A stretch of DNA of 64,000 nucleotides from Mobula birostris (lineage: Eukaryota). Below the pieces are notes generated by a model. It worked only from the letters and a program-made list of their open reading frames with translations, did no database searches and was not told the DNA's origin. Numbering within the stretch: the stretch's first letter is position 1; every line of letters begins with the position of its first letter. Both the position numbers and the translations under genes were made by a program. The stretch lies in NCBI RefSeq assembly GCF_030028105.1, contig NC_092376.1:141358230-141422229 (forward strand), given 5' to 3'. Shown here piece by piece: positions 1 to 12,680 of the stretch.

Positions 1-9
1 TAGGGCTGC

Positions 10-240
10 ATTGTAGCATAGCAGCACAATTACTTTACAGCACCAGCGATCACCAATCAGCATTCAATTCCCACTGCTGTCTGTAAGGAGTTTATGTTCT
101 CTCTGTGATAGTGTGGGTTTCCTCCCTCATTCCAGAAGACGCACAGGTGTCATTAGTGAATATTAAGCATGCTACATTGGTGCCAGAAGTGTGGCAACAC
201 TCGTGGGCTGCTTCCAACAAAATCCTCACTGATTTGAGTA
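10..240 (+). mobile_element. Degenerate V-SINE (HE1-like)
   Basis: Degenerate tRNA-like head followed by a V-domain-like segment, gctgtctgtaaggagtttatgttctctctgtgatagtgtgggtttcctccc. Confidence 0.5.
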
Positions 241-270
241 TATGAAAACAGTGGATAGGCTGGTCCTGGA

Positions 271-400
271 CTTAACTCCTGGCATAATTTACATATTACT
301 ATTTAACTATTTATGGTTTTATTACTATATATTATTTATGGTGCAACTGTAACGAAAACCAATTTCCCCCGGGATCAATAAAGTATGACTATGACTATAT
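271..400 (+). mobile_element. Rex1/Babar-type LINE 3' tail
   Basis: Ends atttcccccgggatcaataaagta followed by (tgacta)n, the usual Rex1-like 3' terminus. Confidence 0.5.
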
Positions 401-429
401 CACTGTGAGATACAGAGCCGATTTTTCTT

Positions 430-1520
430 TTAAAATTTCTATTACTGGCATGTTATAAAATGTGTTGTTTGTGGCAGCAGTACAATGCAAGACAAAGTTA
501 TAAGTTGTGCAAGAGAAAGAGCGAGTAAGTCCTCTGATTCATGGATTGTTCAGAAATTGTTCAGATGGTGGAAGGGAAGATGCTCCTAAAACATGAAGCG
601 TGGGTCTTCATGCTTTTGTACCTCCCTCCCAAAGATACCGAGAAGAATGCATGTTCCTGACGGTAGCGATCCTTAATTACGGATGCAGTCTTCTAAGCCA
701 CCCACATTTCAACATGCCCCCAATGGTGGTAAACACTGAACATCAGCCTTCATATGATGCAACCAGTCAGAATGATCTCCACTGCACATCTGTAACAATC
801 TGTAACATACCAAATTTCCTCAATCTCATAATGAAGTATGACCACTGATTCACCTTTTTGTGATTGCATCAATATGCTATGCCCTTGTCAGATCTTCCGA
901 GAAGTTAACACCCAGGAACTTGAAGTTACTTTCCCCTTCCACTGTTATCCCCTCAATGAGCACTGGTATCTGTTTTCTTTACTTCCCCTTCCTCAAGTCT
1001 ACAATCAATTCCTTGGTCTTGCTTACAATCAGTTCAAGGCTGTTGCTGTGACAGCACCAAATCTTTCTCCCGTACACTTCCTTGTCAGTGGTCGATATTC
1101 TGAAAGTGGTGTTTTTAACAAATTCAGAGATTGTGTTTGAGCTGTACCTCGCCAATCATGAGTGTACAGCATTCATTCTTGAGGTGTACCTGTGCTGAGT
1201 CAGTGAGGAGATGTTATTTCAACCAACACTGACTGTGGTCTCCCAGTAAGGCAGTCAAATATCCAGATGCAAAGGAAGCACAAGGGCTCAAGTCTGTTGT
1301 AATCAATAAACAGCAGCCTGATGTATGTATTGCTGTTGCCCAGGTGCTCCAAAGCCAACAGAGAGATTGGGTCTGTAGACCAATTGTAGTGGGAGGCAAA
1401 TTGCAGCCAAACCAGGTCCTTCCTCAGGCAGGAATTTTAACCATGACCGGCATCTTCATCACAGATAGGAGGGCTACAGGGCGATGGTTGTTGAGGCAGC
1501 TCACCCTGCTCTTCTTGGGA
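430..1520 (-). mobile_element. Degenerate Rex1/Babar LINE RT fragment
   Basis: Reverse strand resembles the Rex1 RT at 12946-14290. ORF 1214-1399 region matches the HL-Y-R-LF-D motif with frameshifts. Confidence 0.55.
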
Positions 1521-1909
1521 AGTTATGCTGCCTTGAACTCAAACCAAGATCATACATTTGGAGTTACAATTTATATAGTTTGACTGGCCTCAAGCGCCCA
1601 ACCCAATGCTCCAAAATTCTCCAAACCTAGCATGTATTTGCAACACTAAGTTGAAATCTAAAGATGCTTTCTCCTTTGAACACGATTCAAAATAAATCTC
1701 CCATAAAGGAAACTTAAGTCATGTTGACTTTGAAACACATGACTATAATGTTAAGTTTGTAAGACAGTGATATCCCTGAAAATAAATGGAACAGCACAAC
1801 TTCAAATTAATTTTTTGCTGGGGAGAGGAGAAAAGGGCAATCCAACGGGGACAAAAGAACTACAGCTATTAAAAACTTTTGAATAAAAAGCTAACATAAA
1901 AGTTCTTAC

Positions 1910-1946
1910 CCTGTACTGTTTGAACTTGATCTGATTGCTAATCAGG
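1910..1946 (-). other. Probable non-coding exon 2 (37 nt) of an unidentified minus-strand gene
   Basis: Minus strand reads ttttttcag|cctgattagc...cagtacagg|gtaaga: good acceptor and donor, no ATG. Confidence 0.5.
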
Positions 1947-2599
1947 CTGAAAAAATTTGCTTTGGTAAACAACTAAATAGCAGGGTATCAAACTACAGCA
2001 CAAATCACAACTGGTAAATTAGATCTACTTCCGAAAGTTCTCATCTCCAACATAAAACACAATTTTAAACCAAGTAACTAACGACTGCACAAATTTCTCA
2101 AAGGTTAGCTAGATTATCTGGTATAGTTACATTGTACAGGTTGGTAATCTTAAATTGCTTAAATGCACGTCATTACCAACAATACAGCTTTAAGAATTCT
2201 TTAAAACGCGTTTTATATCAAATATTTAAATTTTAAAATATACGTTAACGTTTTCTGAATATGTTCATAACCTATGTTTAGCGAGTCTAACTACATTATA
2301 AGAACCCTCAAGGATAATTTTTTGTCTTGGAAGGAGCTGTAATATTAAAACAACCAACCATAAATTATGAATAAAGGTTGTATACAGGTCATTCCCAGGA
2401 TACGAAATTATGAACCACCGCAAATATAAACGAGCTTCCACCATATTATTAAATTCAAATGTCTGACGCACATACGTTCTCCTACGAACGGCAGAACTAG
2501 TTCCCCCATCTTCACTTTCCGTAATTACTCCTTCTCATTTGGCTTATACGCTTATGACGCCATTTATGTACTGTAGAAGTACGGTAGCAGTGTTTCCCC

Positions 2600-3450
2600 G
2601 ATATATGTATAAAATCAACTTAACGCTGGTGGGAACGGACCCTTCATTTCCCGGGCCAGCCTGCACTCTCCCGGAATGTGCGTCCTCAGTGCGCCCGCCC
2701 GTCTACCCTACACACGGATCATTAATGGCGTTATTAGGTGGTTTTTAAAATATGGTAAAATTTCTCGCTAAATGCCGCTCGCATTTAATGCGGAACAATT
2801 GGTAGTTTCACATTCTCTGAATTTCCGGAAGCAATTGGACTTAAACAAGGAACGAAATGTCGACGAGATTTTGCAACATTTTGTAATGTCGCTCAAAAAG
2901 GGGAAAAATGTGAGACTTGAGGAAAATCAAATGGCGCCAATTAATTGGGCCTATTTTCGAAAATAAGACTTTTGAAAAGACAATATTCATCGAGGAAAAA
3001 AAGGCAAAGTAAAAGACGGGCAGTGATCACCAGGCCCAGTCTCGGGGAAATCATCGATTACATTACGAAAATAAAAGCTGCTGAGACGCCGAGGCCTAGG
3101 CCTAGGCCTAGGCCGCAGGGCCTGTGTAGGCCACGCGCACGCGCCAACCACCGCATACTCTGGTTTCTTCGGAACCGAGGTGGCGCGGCGAAAGAAAAAA
3201 ACATCCTAAATTAATCCTAAATGCATACTTACCGAGATTTGGCAGCTCAAAGTACAAGAAACAGTATAATTTAAGGCCGACTTCGAACTAGCACACTAAA
3301 GACCACAGAGAGTCCGTTGGCACGACGTCTCCTTCCGTTTCTTTTCTTCTTTTCAAAGCGCGGAGACGACCTCGACCGACCGGAAACAGACGTCACGCGC
3401 AGCCCGCGACTGCGCAGAAGCGGCGGCTCAGGGCCCGGCTCTTTGTTCTG
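2600..3450 (-). promoter_or_regulatory. CpG-rich housekeeping-type promoter and 5' end of a minus-strand gene
   Basis: High CpG density against a depleted background. ETS-like CCGGAAA and CRE-like GACGTCA at ~3380-3395, YY1-like AAATGGCG at ~2929, (AGGCCT)3 at 3092-3114. Confidence 0.75.
3233..3385 (-). other. Non-coding exon 1 of the unidentified gene (5' end approximate)
   Basis: Consensus donor TCG|GTAAGT (plus-strand acttac at 3227-3232) inside the CpG island. No ATG in the exon. Confidence 0.65.
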
Positions 3451-4267
3451 CTCTCTGACTGGCTGACATCTTCTTTCCTTTAACTGTTTTAAACCGGTTG
3501 TGTAATTTTAAAGTGCAAAAGCTGAGACATTGATCAAGCCAAATCGATTTGTACATATAAAAAGAAAGTTAGTTGCTTCCCTACGGTATTAATTTTTTTT
3601 TGGCCTCGTGGGGAGAAAGGAAATCTGATGCAGTACACGTAATGTCTTTACTACTCTGATTTAATGTGAAAATATCTTTTGTGAATTAGATTTTAATGAA
3701 TGTGACGATCCCGTTGAATCACTCTGTTTGAAAGTACATTTTATACAATAGAAAACAGAGGAAAAGACTGACATGATGACGATCCAGTAGAACTATTTAG
3801 ATTGTAATATGTGGCACATACAGTAAGGTGCTTTAAAATAAATATTTCTATCCAGATAAAAAATATCTTATAAAGAGCACATTTCAAAAGAGCAATAGTG
3901 AACTGAAGGACAGATAATGGAATATGAGAAGTTTATTTTAAAATCTTTAGTTGCAGAAGCTCAGTAAGTCAAGTAATATTGGATTGTTAATGTTAAATTA
4001 TTTAGAAGTATGCAAGTGAGGAACAACACTAGATATTTTTAGAGTTTTTAGAAGTTTTTAGAGATTGTGTAAAAACAAAACCACTGATAGATTTTTAAAG
4101 TGCTTAAGTTTTTTTATGGGAGTCAGGTGGTTAAAAAGCATGTAAGCAATGCCAGAATACATGCTCTGCTCCTTGATAAGACAACATTATGAGAAAAAGC
4201 ATCAGGAATAGATTTTCAGGAGAGTTCAGTTGAGACAGTGTACATAAAGAAATAAATGCCATGTGTG

Positions 4268-4452
4268 CAACACATACAAAATCCTGGAGCAACTCAGCAG
4301 GCCAGGCAGCATTTATGGAAAAGAGTATAGTTGACGTTTTAGGCCGAGACCCTTCAACAGGACTGTACTCTTTTCCATAGATGCTGGCTGGCCTGCTGAA
4401 TTACTCTAGTATTTTGTGGATTTCCAGCATCTGCAGATTTTCTCTTGTTTGT
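4268..4452. mobile_element. Penelope-like (PLE) pLTR mini fold-back
   Basis: Inverted pair of pLTR 3' ends (gcaggccaggcagcat...atgctggctggcctgc) with a degenerate hammerhead core. Confidence 0.7.
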
Positions 4453-5286
4453 GAATGGCATGTGTGGATGTGTTTAATTCAATTCCAGATTCACGGAAGT
4501 GGACCATACAAGGATAACCCAGCAGCTGAATGATAGTAGTAAACCCTGAAGGAAAAGCAGCGTGATTTACCAAATAAGATGAAAAGGAAGGACAGGGAAT
4601 GGTTTTAGAACTGCTGTGGTACTATTTATCACTTTGGTCTCAGTGGAAGTTGAGAGTAGTATGAACAAGGAACAAGGTACAGCTAGCGTGCAGCTGGGAA
4701 GTGACAATGGATTTGTAAGAGAAGGGTTACCAAGAGATGTGAGTGAGTGGGATGAGTCAGAGGACTCTTTTGAATATTGATACCAATTTTGACTGGAAGA
4801 AAAACAAAGCCTTTAGCCAAAAAAAAAGCATTATCAATGGTGGCTTACTTAAAGACTGATTTGATTAGTGAATGAGCAAGAATTGGATAAGGAACAGTGT
4901 TCAAGGAAGTAAAAGAAATACTGAATGTTGTGGTAAAATCATACAAGTACAAGAGCAGTGACACATAAGTGGAGAATTGCGGCTGGAATGGAGCGAGTGA
5001 TGATCGAGTAGCTGTAGATCAGCTGTCTGGATGAGCTCCATTTTCAAATTAGAAAAGTGCCATTAACAACATACTGTACATGTGGCATTAAAAGAAGTGG
5101 TAAGTTGTGAAGAAGAGACATCAGAGGCTCTTACCTGCTAAGGAAATTTTAGGTATGTTTGAAGTTTTTACTGCAGAGTAAAGTACAATGAAGCTTGATT
5201 ACTTTTCGGAAGAGCAATTTATTCTTTTGTTTCTTGTGTTATGGAGGTGAGGTACATGATTCATAGTCACACAAAAATGTGGAGTC

Positions 5287-6225
5287 ACACACTAAATGCT
5301 GGAGGAACTCGGTAAGTCAGGCAGCATCTATGGAGGGAAATAAACAGTCAATGTTTCAGGCCAAGTCTCTTCATCAGGTCTGGAAAGGAAGGGGACAGAA
5401 GCCAGAATAAGAAGGCAGGTGAGGGAAGATTGAAGTAAGATGCTGGCAGGTGATAGTGGAAGGAGTAAAGGTCTGAAGAAGAAGGAGAGAAAACTGGACC
5501 ATGGAAGAAAGGAAAAGTGGAGGGGCACCAGGTGAGGTGATGAGAAGGAAAAGGGTGACGGCAGACAGAATAGGGAATAGATAAAGAGAGAAGGGGAGGG
5601 AGAGAAATTACCAGAAGTTAAAGAAATTGATGTTCACAACATCAGGTGGAGGCTATTCAGTTGGAATATGAGATGCTGCTCCTCCAACCTAATTGTAGCC
5701 TCATCATGGCAGTAGAGGAAGTTGTGCACCGACATATTGGAATGGGAATAGGAAGTCAGATTGAAACGGGTGGCCACTGGGAAATCCCTCCTCTGGCGGC
5801 AGATGTGCTCAAAAAAGCAGTCCCCCAATCTACATCGGGTCTCACTGATGTAGATGAGGCTGCACTGGATATTTTAGACGCTCTCTGGTACCCATCCTCC
5901 TTCCCTTTCTTCCATGGGTCCTGTTCTCTCCTATCAGGTTACTTCTTCCTCAGCCCTTTACCCCTTGCACCTATCTTCTGGCAGCTTCTTACTTTGTTTC
6001 ACTCCCCCACCCACCTTCTCACTCACTGGTTTTACCGATCACCTCCTTCCCCTCCCCCACTTCCTTATTCTGGTTTCTGCACTCCTTCCAGTCCAGATGA
6101 AGGGTCTCAGCCCAAAACATCGTCTGTTTACTTTGCTCTAGAAATGCTACTTGACTTGCTGAATTCCTTCAGTATTTTGTACATGTTTCTCAAGATTTCC
6201 AGCATTTACCGAATCTCATGTGTTT
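5287..6225. mobile_element. Inverted Penelope-like insertion
   Basis: Minus arm encodes the GIY-YIG C-terminus (ORF 5634-5828, EATIRLEEQHLIFQL). Plus arm ends in the pLTR tail gatttccagcat. Confidence 0.8.
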
Positions 6226-7119
6226 AAAAAATGTTGCATCGTCTTCCTTTTATCAAAACCATAGATTTTTGGACTGGTAGAACATCCCTGCTTTGTCATT
6301 TAGGCTCGTCTGTCAGTCTAGATATGAGGAAGTTTTGGGTCCTTTCTGCTTGGTCCAACTCAGTCAGAAGCTGTTCCGATTCCTTGATGCCCACATTCAC
6401 CAGTTTAGGAATGTGGAAAGAATAAAATGGAACTGCTGTGAATGGGTACTTGGTGGTCAGCGTGGACTTGGTGAGTGGAAGGGTCTGTTTTTGTACTCTT
6501 TGTTTCCATGGCTCTAATGATCCCAGAATTGCAATCCAATCTCCAAGTTGATTTTGCTTTTGTGTACTGTGGGGTGAGGTGGCCAGACTGAATGGGTTCT
6601 ATCTAACACTTCATATGTGCTTGGCTAACCTCAGTTCTGCTGATGTTCGACAATGCTATTGTGGCAAAGATGTATGAGCTAGTGATGTGTCTTTAAAAAG
6701 CAAACAACATTGATTTAGTTGTTTTTTGGCACACAGTCGATTTTCATTGTTTGGACAGTGTTCCTGAGCAAGCAATTTGTTGCTAGAGTAACATACAGTG
6801 TGCACAGATCTCCTAGTTTGGGTATCTGTGCACACTTAATATTACTCTATTATTCTAATATGAGTTAAGTATGTTGTTGGTTTCACCCTTTCATTCTGTG
6901 TGTTTGGGTGTTGGAAGGAGAGCATACGGACTGTCATTCCCCCGGATGTAAACATGTGCATGGTAATAACATTTCATCTTTATTTACATTGAGCAGAGTT
7001 GAAGTGTGTCTCAGTAGAATTTAATCAAAGTTAACTGAATCCCAAGTCAGTCATTCTGCTGAGCACAGTTATCATATTATGCATGCTCAGCTTGGTTAGA
7101 CTCCTGCTTGTGCTTCAGA

Positions 7120-8200
7120 ATCAGAATTAGGTTTAATATCACTGGCATATGTCATGAAATTTGCTGTTTTATGGCGGTAGTACATTGCAATACATAATAG
7201 TAAAAAAACTTTGCAAGAGCCTTTGGTGACACAACAAGTTTCCTTAAACTCCTAATGAAGTATAACTGCTGTTGTGCCTTTTATGTTGGCCTAGGATTGA
7301 TCTTGAGAGATGTTGACACCCAGAAACACGAAACTGCTCATCCTTTCTACTTCTGATCCCTCAGTGAGGACTGGTGTGTGTTACCTTGACTTCCCCTTCC
7401 TAAAATCCACAATCAGTTCATTGGTCTTACTGCCATTGAATGAAAGAACATAGAACGTAGACATCCACAGCACATTACAGGCCTTTCAGCCCACAATGTT
7501 GTGCTGACCATGTAACCTACTGTAGAAACTGCCAAGAATTTCCCTACCGAAGTGCCCTCTATTATAGCAAGATTGTTGTAACACCACTCAACTAGCTGAT
7601 CTATCTCACTCCTGTGCACCACCTTGTCGTCATCTGAAATTCTGCCAACAATTGTTGTGTCATTGGCAAATTAATAGATGGCTTTTGAGCTGTGCCTAGC
7701 CCCACAGACATGGGTGTAGAGAGAGTAGAGCAGTGGGCTAAGTACCCTCAGTGAGGAGGAGATGTTATTTCCAATCGACATTGACTGTATTCTCTCTGAG
7801 GAACTCAAGGATTCAGTTGCAGAGGGAGTATAGAAGCCCAAATTTTGGAGCTTGTTGATTATAATTGAGGGTATGGTTGTGTTGAACGCTGAGTTGTAAC
7901 CAATAAACAGCAGCCTGATATAAGTATTGTCCAGGTGATGCAAGGCTGAGTGGAGAGCCAGTGAGATTGCATTCACTCTAGACCTATTGTGTCAACAGGC
8001 AAATTGTAGTGGGTCCAGGTCCTTGTAAAGGCAGGATTTGGTTCTGGCCTTGACCAACCTCTTAAAGCATTTCATCACAGTAGGTGTGAGTGCAACTGGG
8101 TGATAGTCGTTGAGGGAGCTCGCTTTGCTCTTCTTGGGCACCGGTATAATTGTTACCCTTTTGAAGCAGGTGAGAACCTCTGACAGGCAGCAGTGAGCTT
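7120..8200 (-). mobile_element. Rex1/Babar LINE RT fragment
   Basis: ORF 7671-7976 (ISLALHSALHHLDNTYIRLLFIGYNSAFNT) and EIDQLVEWC are Rex1-type RT motifs. Confidence 0.75.
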
Positions 8201-9734
8201 ATCTGAGTGTGAAGCATCACGGCCATTTATGATGTTAGGTTTCACTTTGTAGGTGGTAATGGCCTGCAAATACTACCAGAGGTGACATGTATCTGATTCC
8301 ATCTTGTACCTTCTATCGGAATTATTTTTATGCTTTGAAAATAGCCTTCTGTAGGCCGTACCTGGACTTCTTATATGGTTCTGGATCACTGGTCTTGAAT
8401 GCCACAGATCTACCCTCAGCAGACTATGAATCTCATGGTTCATCCACAGCTTTTGGTTTTAGTGAGTCCAGTAATTTCACAATTGCAGGGTGTCAGCCTG
8501 GAAAAAGCTACATGTATTCAGGAGGCTTCTCTGCTCATTGGTTTAAAAAGCAGGAATGGGAACTGATTATGCAAGACTTCTCTTGCAGTTACAGCTGCTG
8601 CTTTTAATAATGAGGTATCTGTTGTGGTGTGCTTCAAATGAAAAGGAGGTCAGATGGAGCAGTTATGATTAATGTGTTGATAATGGCATCGTGTGGGGAT
8701 GATGAAGTGGCTAAATTCATAAGGCAGCAGGATTGTCGTTGTGTTTCAAATAAGTGGTGTAGAAATTTTTGTTAAAGTTCATGGGAAGTAAATTGGAGGG
8801 ATCCTTGCATTGTCAAAGATCTCTCTCATCCATCCCACAATCTTTTTGACACCCTCCCATCAGGCAAGAGGTGCTGTAGCATTAGGACAAGGACTGCTAA
8901 GATGGGAAACAGGCCAAATGACTACTGAACTTCCTGCCCCCACCCAGATCTCATCATGTATGAAGTGCCAGTAGCTTTATATAATTTACTTTTAAACTTG
9001 AATTATAAATGCACCTTATGATAAACGTCAATATTCTATAATATATTTTTTATTTGTGGTAATATTACTATGTGTTGTGTATGGGTTATATGTACAGTAC
9101 TGTGTTGTGCATCTTGGTCCAGAGAAAAGTTGTTTCATTTCACGGTATATATGTATACGGTTGAATGACATGAAGTTTTGTCCATGGCACATGTTGGGAT
9201 TTGGAGTAGGGAGTCTCAAACAGCTGATTGGATATAGTCTTCATAGCAACTAAAACTCACCCATTGTACATAAGACATAAGAGAATGGGGCCAAGAAGCT
9301 GTATTTGTGTAAAGTCTGTGCTGAAGTGTCCAGGAGAACAAAATAATTGTTTCTCTGGATCTGATGTAACACAGAAAAACACAATAAGTAAAAGAACCCA
9401 ATAATTTTAATAAACACAATAAATATAAATACATAACATATCTTATTTACGTCATTGTATTAAAGATATCTCTGCATTTGTATGTATTGTGTTTTTTTTG
9501 TTCTGCATCTGATCCAGAGTAGCAATTATTTTCTTATCCTTTACATTTGTGTACTGGAAATTACATTAAACAATCTTGAATCATAGATTATTTGTATGTC
9601 TATAAAAGGGACGCTAGGCAAAGGAGTGTCTGTACATAGGGGGACTGACAAGAAATGATAAAGTCGTAGTGGTGGGAGGTGGGGAGGGATGGGGTTGGTG
9701 GGTGGAGCTGTTTATCAGCCTTACATCTTTTTCT

Positions 9735-10485
9735 TTCAAATGTGTTTCTGCTACTGTTGGAGCCTGTGATCCATATTGTGGTGGTGTGTTTTGTGTGACC
9801 TGGTGCTTTGCTGTCTCCAAGGGCATTTTCTAACAAACCGTGTGGCCTGAAGGCCAAGAAGCCCAGAGTTTGGCTTCTCGCCGATCTCGCCAATTAAAGC
9901 ATCGAGGAAGATTGAAATCATTGAGGATGAGAGCAGAAGTCCGGTGGGTGTTCAGCATCGTCTGCTGGCCTCTCGCTGCTGCTGGTGCAAGATGTCTGCA
10001 TGCGACGGTCTCTCTCTTCCTCTTGTTCACTGCTCCAGAAGGAACATCCTGTGTTCAAATGGTCTCTCCCCCTCTCTCCCTCTCCCTCAATGCTGTTGGA
10101 GGATGGTGCCAGAGTCTTGGGTACGGTTTGTGAATTGGAGTCTGCAGTTCACTTTATGATGTGTTTTTCATTTCTGGTCAGTCCTTTCTGTTGCTACATA
10201 TTTTGGGCAATTTTGAATTGGGACGGCCTGCAGATAATGTACACTGAGTTGAACTGATTATACCTGGGCTCTTTTGATTTTGTGTTTTATATTCTGTGTT
10301 TTTTGCTCCTTTTTTATTATTTGCACAATTTATTTTTTCTTAGTACATGTTGGGGGGCGGGGGTTGATGTTTGTTCTTTGAACGGGTTCTATGGTTTTCT
10401 TTATTTCATGGCAGTCTGTGGAGAAGATGAATCTGAGGGTTGTATACTGCATATATTCTAGATGATAAATGTACTCTGAATCTTT
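9735..10485 (+). mobile_element. Non-autonomous element with a Rex1-like 3' tail
   Basis: 3' end gaatctgagggttgtata...ataaatgtactctgaatct resembles the tails at ~16590-16650 and (inverted) ~57060-57115. Confidence 0.45.
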
Positions 10486-10489
10486 CAAT

Positions 10490-10990
10490 ATGTTCTTTGT
10501 GGTGGGTAGGCTGATGCTGGTGATGCGTTGGGCAGTTTTAACTACCCATTGTAGAGCCTTTCTGTGCACTGCAGTGCATTTTCTATACAATGCAGATATG
10601 AAGCTTGTTTGGATGGTCTCCACTCTGCATCTGTAGAAGGACATGAGTATAGATGTGCCTAGTCTTGGCCTCTTCAGCCTCCTCTGAAAGTAAGCTTACT
10701 TGATTGTGTTGGATGTGTTCTGCGACCATGAGAGGTAATATGAGATACCTACTTCCAGGAATTTGAAACTGCTTACAGTTCCCACTGCTGTGTTGCTGAT
10801 GTAAAGAGGGAAATGAGCGGAGTGAGTTCTCTTGAGGTTGATAACCATTTCCTTTGTTCTCATGACATTGAGGAAGAGGTTATTTACCTTGCACCTGGCC
10901 TTGAGCTTTTCCTCTCTGTAGGCCATCTATCCATTGTTGGTGATGAGCCCCCACCACTGCCATGTCACTGGCAAACTTGACAATGTGACT
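10490..10990 (-). mobile_element. Rex1/Babar LINE fragment
   Basis: ORFs 10696-10926 (NNLFLNVMRTKEMVI, FKFLEV) and 10330-10644 (KALQWVVKTAQRI). Confidence 0.75.
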
Positions 10991-11259
10991 ACTTGAGTTA
11001 GCTCTCAGCCTAGCTGGTGCCCTGGGTCTCTTGCCATATTTCTGCTTCTTCTTGCACCGCCTGCGTCTGTGCTCCCTCAGCTGAGCTGCTTATGCCAGGT
11101 CGCTATCGCCGGGACTGGTGTCCATAGAATCCCTAGTTCCATTGAGCACCACTATTACCTCCGTTGCTGGCAGATTATCAGTAATTTTATCCAAGAGTTC
11201 AGCTATATTCGCAAACTTTGGTTGACTGAAATCCCTGACTGAAATGCATCTGGATAAGA

Positions 11260-12680
11260 TGCTTTCTATGATTAAAAATTGTTGAGAGTCAAAGGGAACA
11301 TGCTATATTTCTTCAGCCTCCTGAGGATGCTGAGATACTGGTGTATTTTCTTGGCCATGGTGCCAATGTGGTTGCACCAGAGGAAACTATTGGTGATGTG
11401 CACTCCTAGAAACTTGAAGCTCTAGAACCCAAACAACAGGAATTCTGCAGATGCTGGAAATTCAAGCAACACATATAAAAGTTGCTGGTGAACGCAGCAG
11501 GCCAGGCAGCATCTCTAGGAAGAGGTGCAGTCGACGTTTCAGGCCGAGACCCTTCGTCAGGACTTGGCCTGAAACGTCGACTGCACCTCTTCCTAGAGAT
11601 GCTGCCTGGCCTGCTGCGTTCACCAGCAATTTTTATGTGTGTCTCTAAAACCCAACATCCTTTATGTAAATAGTAGCATGTGCACTGCCCCACTTGCTGA
11701 AGTCAATTATCAATTCTTTTGTTTTGCTTAGTACATTGAGAGAAAGGTGGCTATCATGACACCATCCTGACGAAGGGTCTCGGCCTGAAACGTCGACTGC
11801 ACCTCTTCCTAGAGATGCTGCCTGGCCTGCTGCGTTCACCAGCAATTTTTATGTGTGTCTCTAAAACCCAACATCCTTTATGTAAATAGTAGCATGTGCA
11901 CTGCCCCACTTGCTGAAGTCAATTATCAATTCTTTTGTTTTGCTTAGTACATTGAGAGAAAGGTGGCTATCATGACACCATCCTGACGAAGGGTCTCGGC
12001 CTGAAACGTCGACTGTACCTCTTCCTAGAGATGTTGCCTGGCCTGCTGCGTTCACCAGCAACTTTGATGTGTGTTGCTTGAATTTCCAGCATCTGCAGAA
12101 TTCCTGTTGTTTATCATGACACCATGTCACTTGGCTTTCTATCTCCTTCTTTACTCCAATTCATCATTACTTGAGATATAGCCCAGCACAATTGTATCAT
12201 CTGCAAATGTGTAGACGGAATTGGAGAAGAATCTGGACTTGTAGTCACCAGTGTACAGGGAGTAGAGTAGGGTTCTGGAATGGAGCCTTGTGAGGCACCA
12301 GTGTTGAGAATTATCATTGCAGAGGTATTGCTGCCTATCCTTACTGATTGTGCACTGTTTATTAGGAAGTGAAGGGTCTAGTTAAAAAGAGACGTGTTGC
12401 ATCCCAGGTCTAGGAATCTGGAGATGAATTTGCTTGGAATTATAGTATTGAATTATAGACAATAACTAGTAATCTGATGTTGACAACTTTACCATCCAGA
12501 TGCTCCAGAAACGACTGCCGGGCCATGGAGATGGTGATACCATGGAACTGTTTCGTGGTAGGCAAATTGCAGTGGGTCAAGCCTGTTTGGCTTTAGTTGA
12601 CATGTGCCATGACTAACATCTCAAATCACTTCACAATGGTGGATGTCAGAGCCACCAGGCAGTAGTCATTAAGGCACAAG
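11260..12680 (-). mobile_element. Rex1/Babar LINE fragment interrupted by PLE pLTRs
   Basis: WCHDSHLSLNV..KTKELIIDF and LNTGASQG motifs on the minus strand. Confidence 0.7.
11433..12111. repeat. Cluster of PLE pLTRs with hammerhead cores and a 216-bp tandem duplication
   Basis: Inverted pLTR 11433-11564, then period-216 units 11566-11781 and 11782-11997 and a third pLTR. TSD-like tatcatgacaccat flanks the last copy. Confidence 0.9.

Noticed and set aside
4460-5240. Purine-rich, coding-like stretch
   Set aside because: No sustained ORF and no motif I can assign; probably an ancient TE relic.
11566-12073. Repeat-spacer pattern resembling a CRISPR array
   Set aside because: The spacers are identical, the repeats are ~90-bp PLE pLTRs, and the context is vertebrate with no cas genes.
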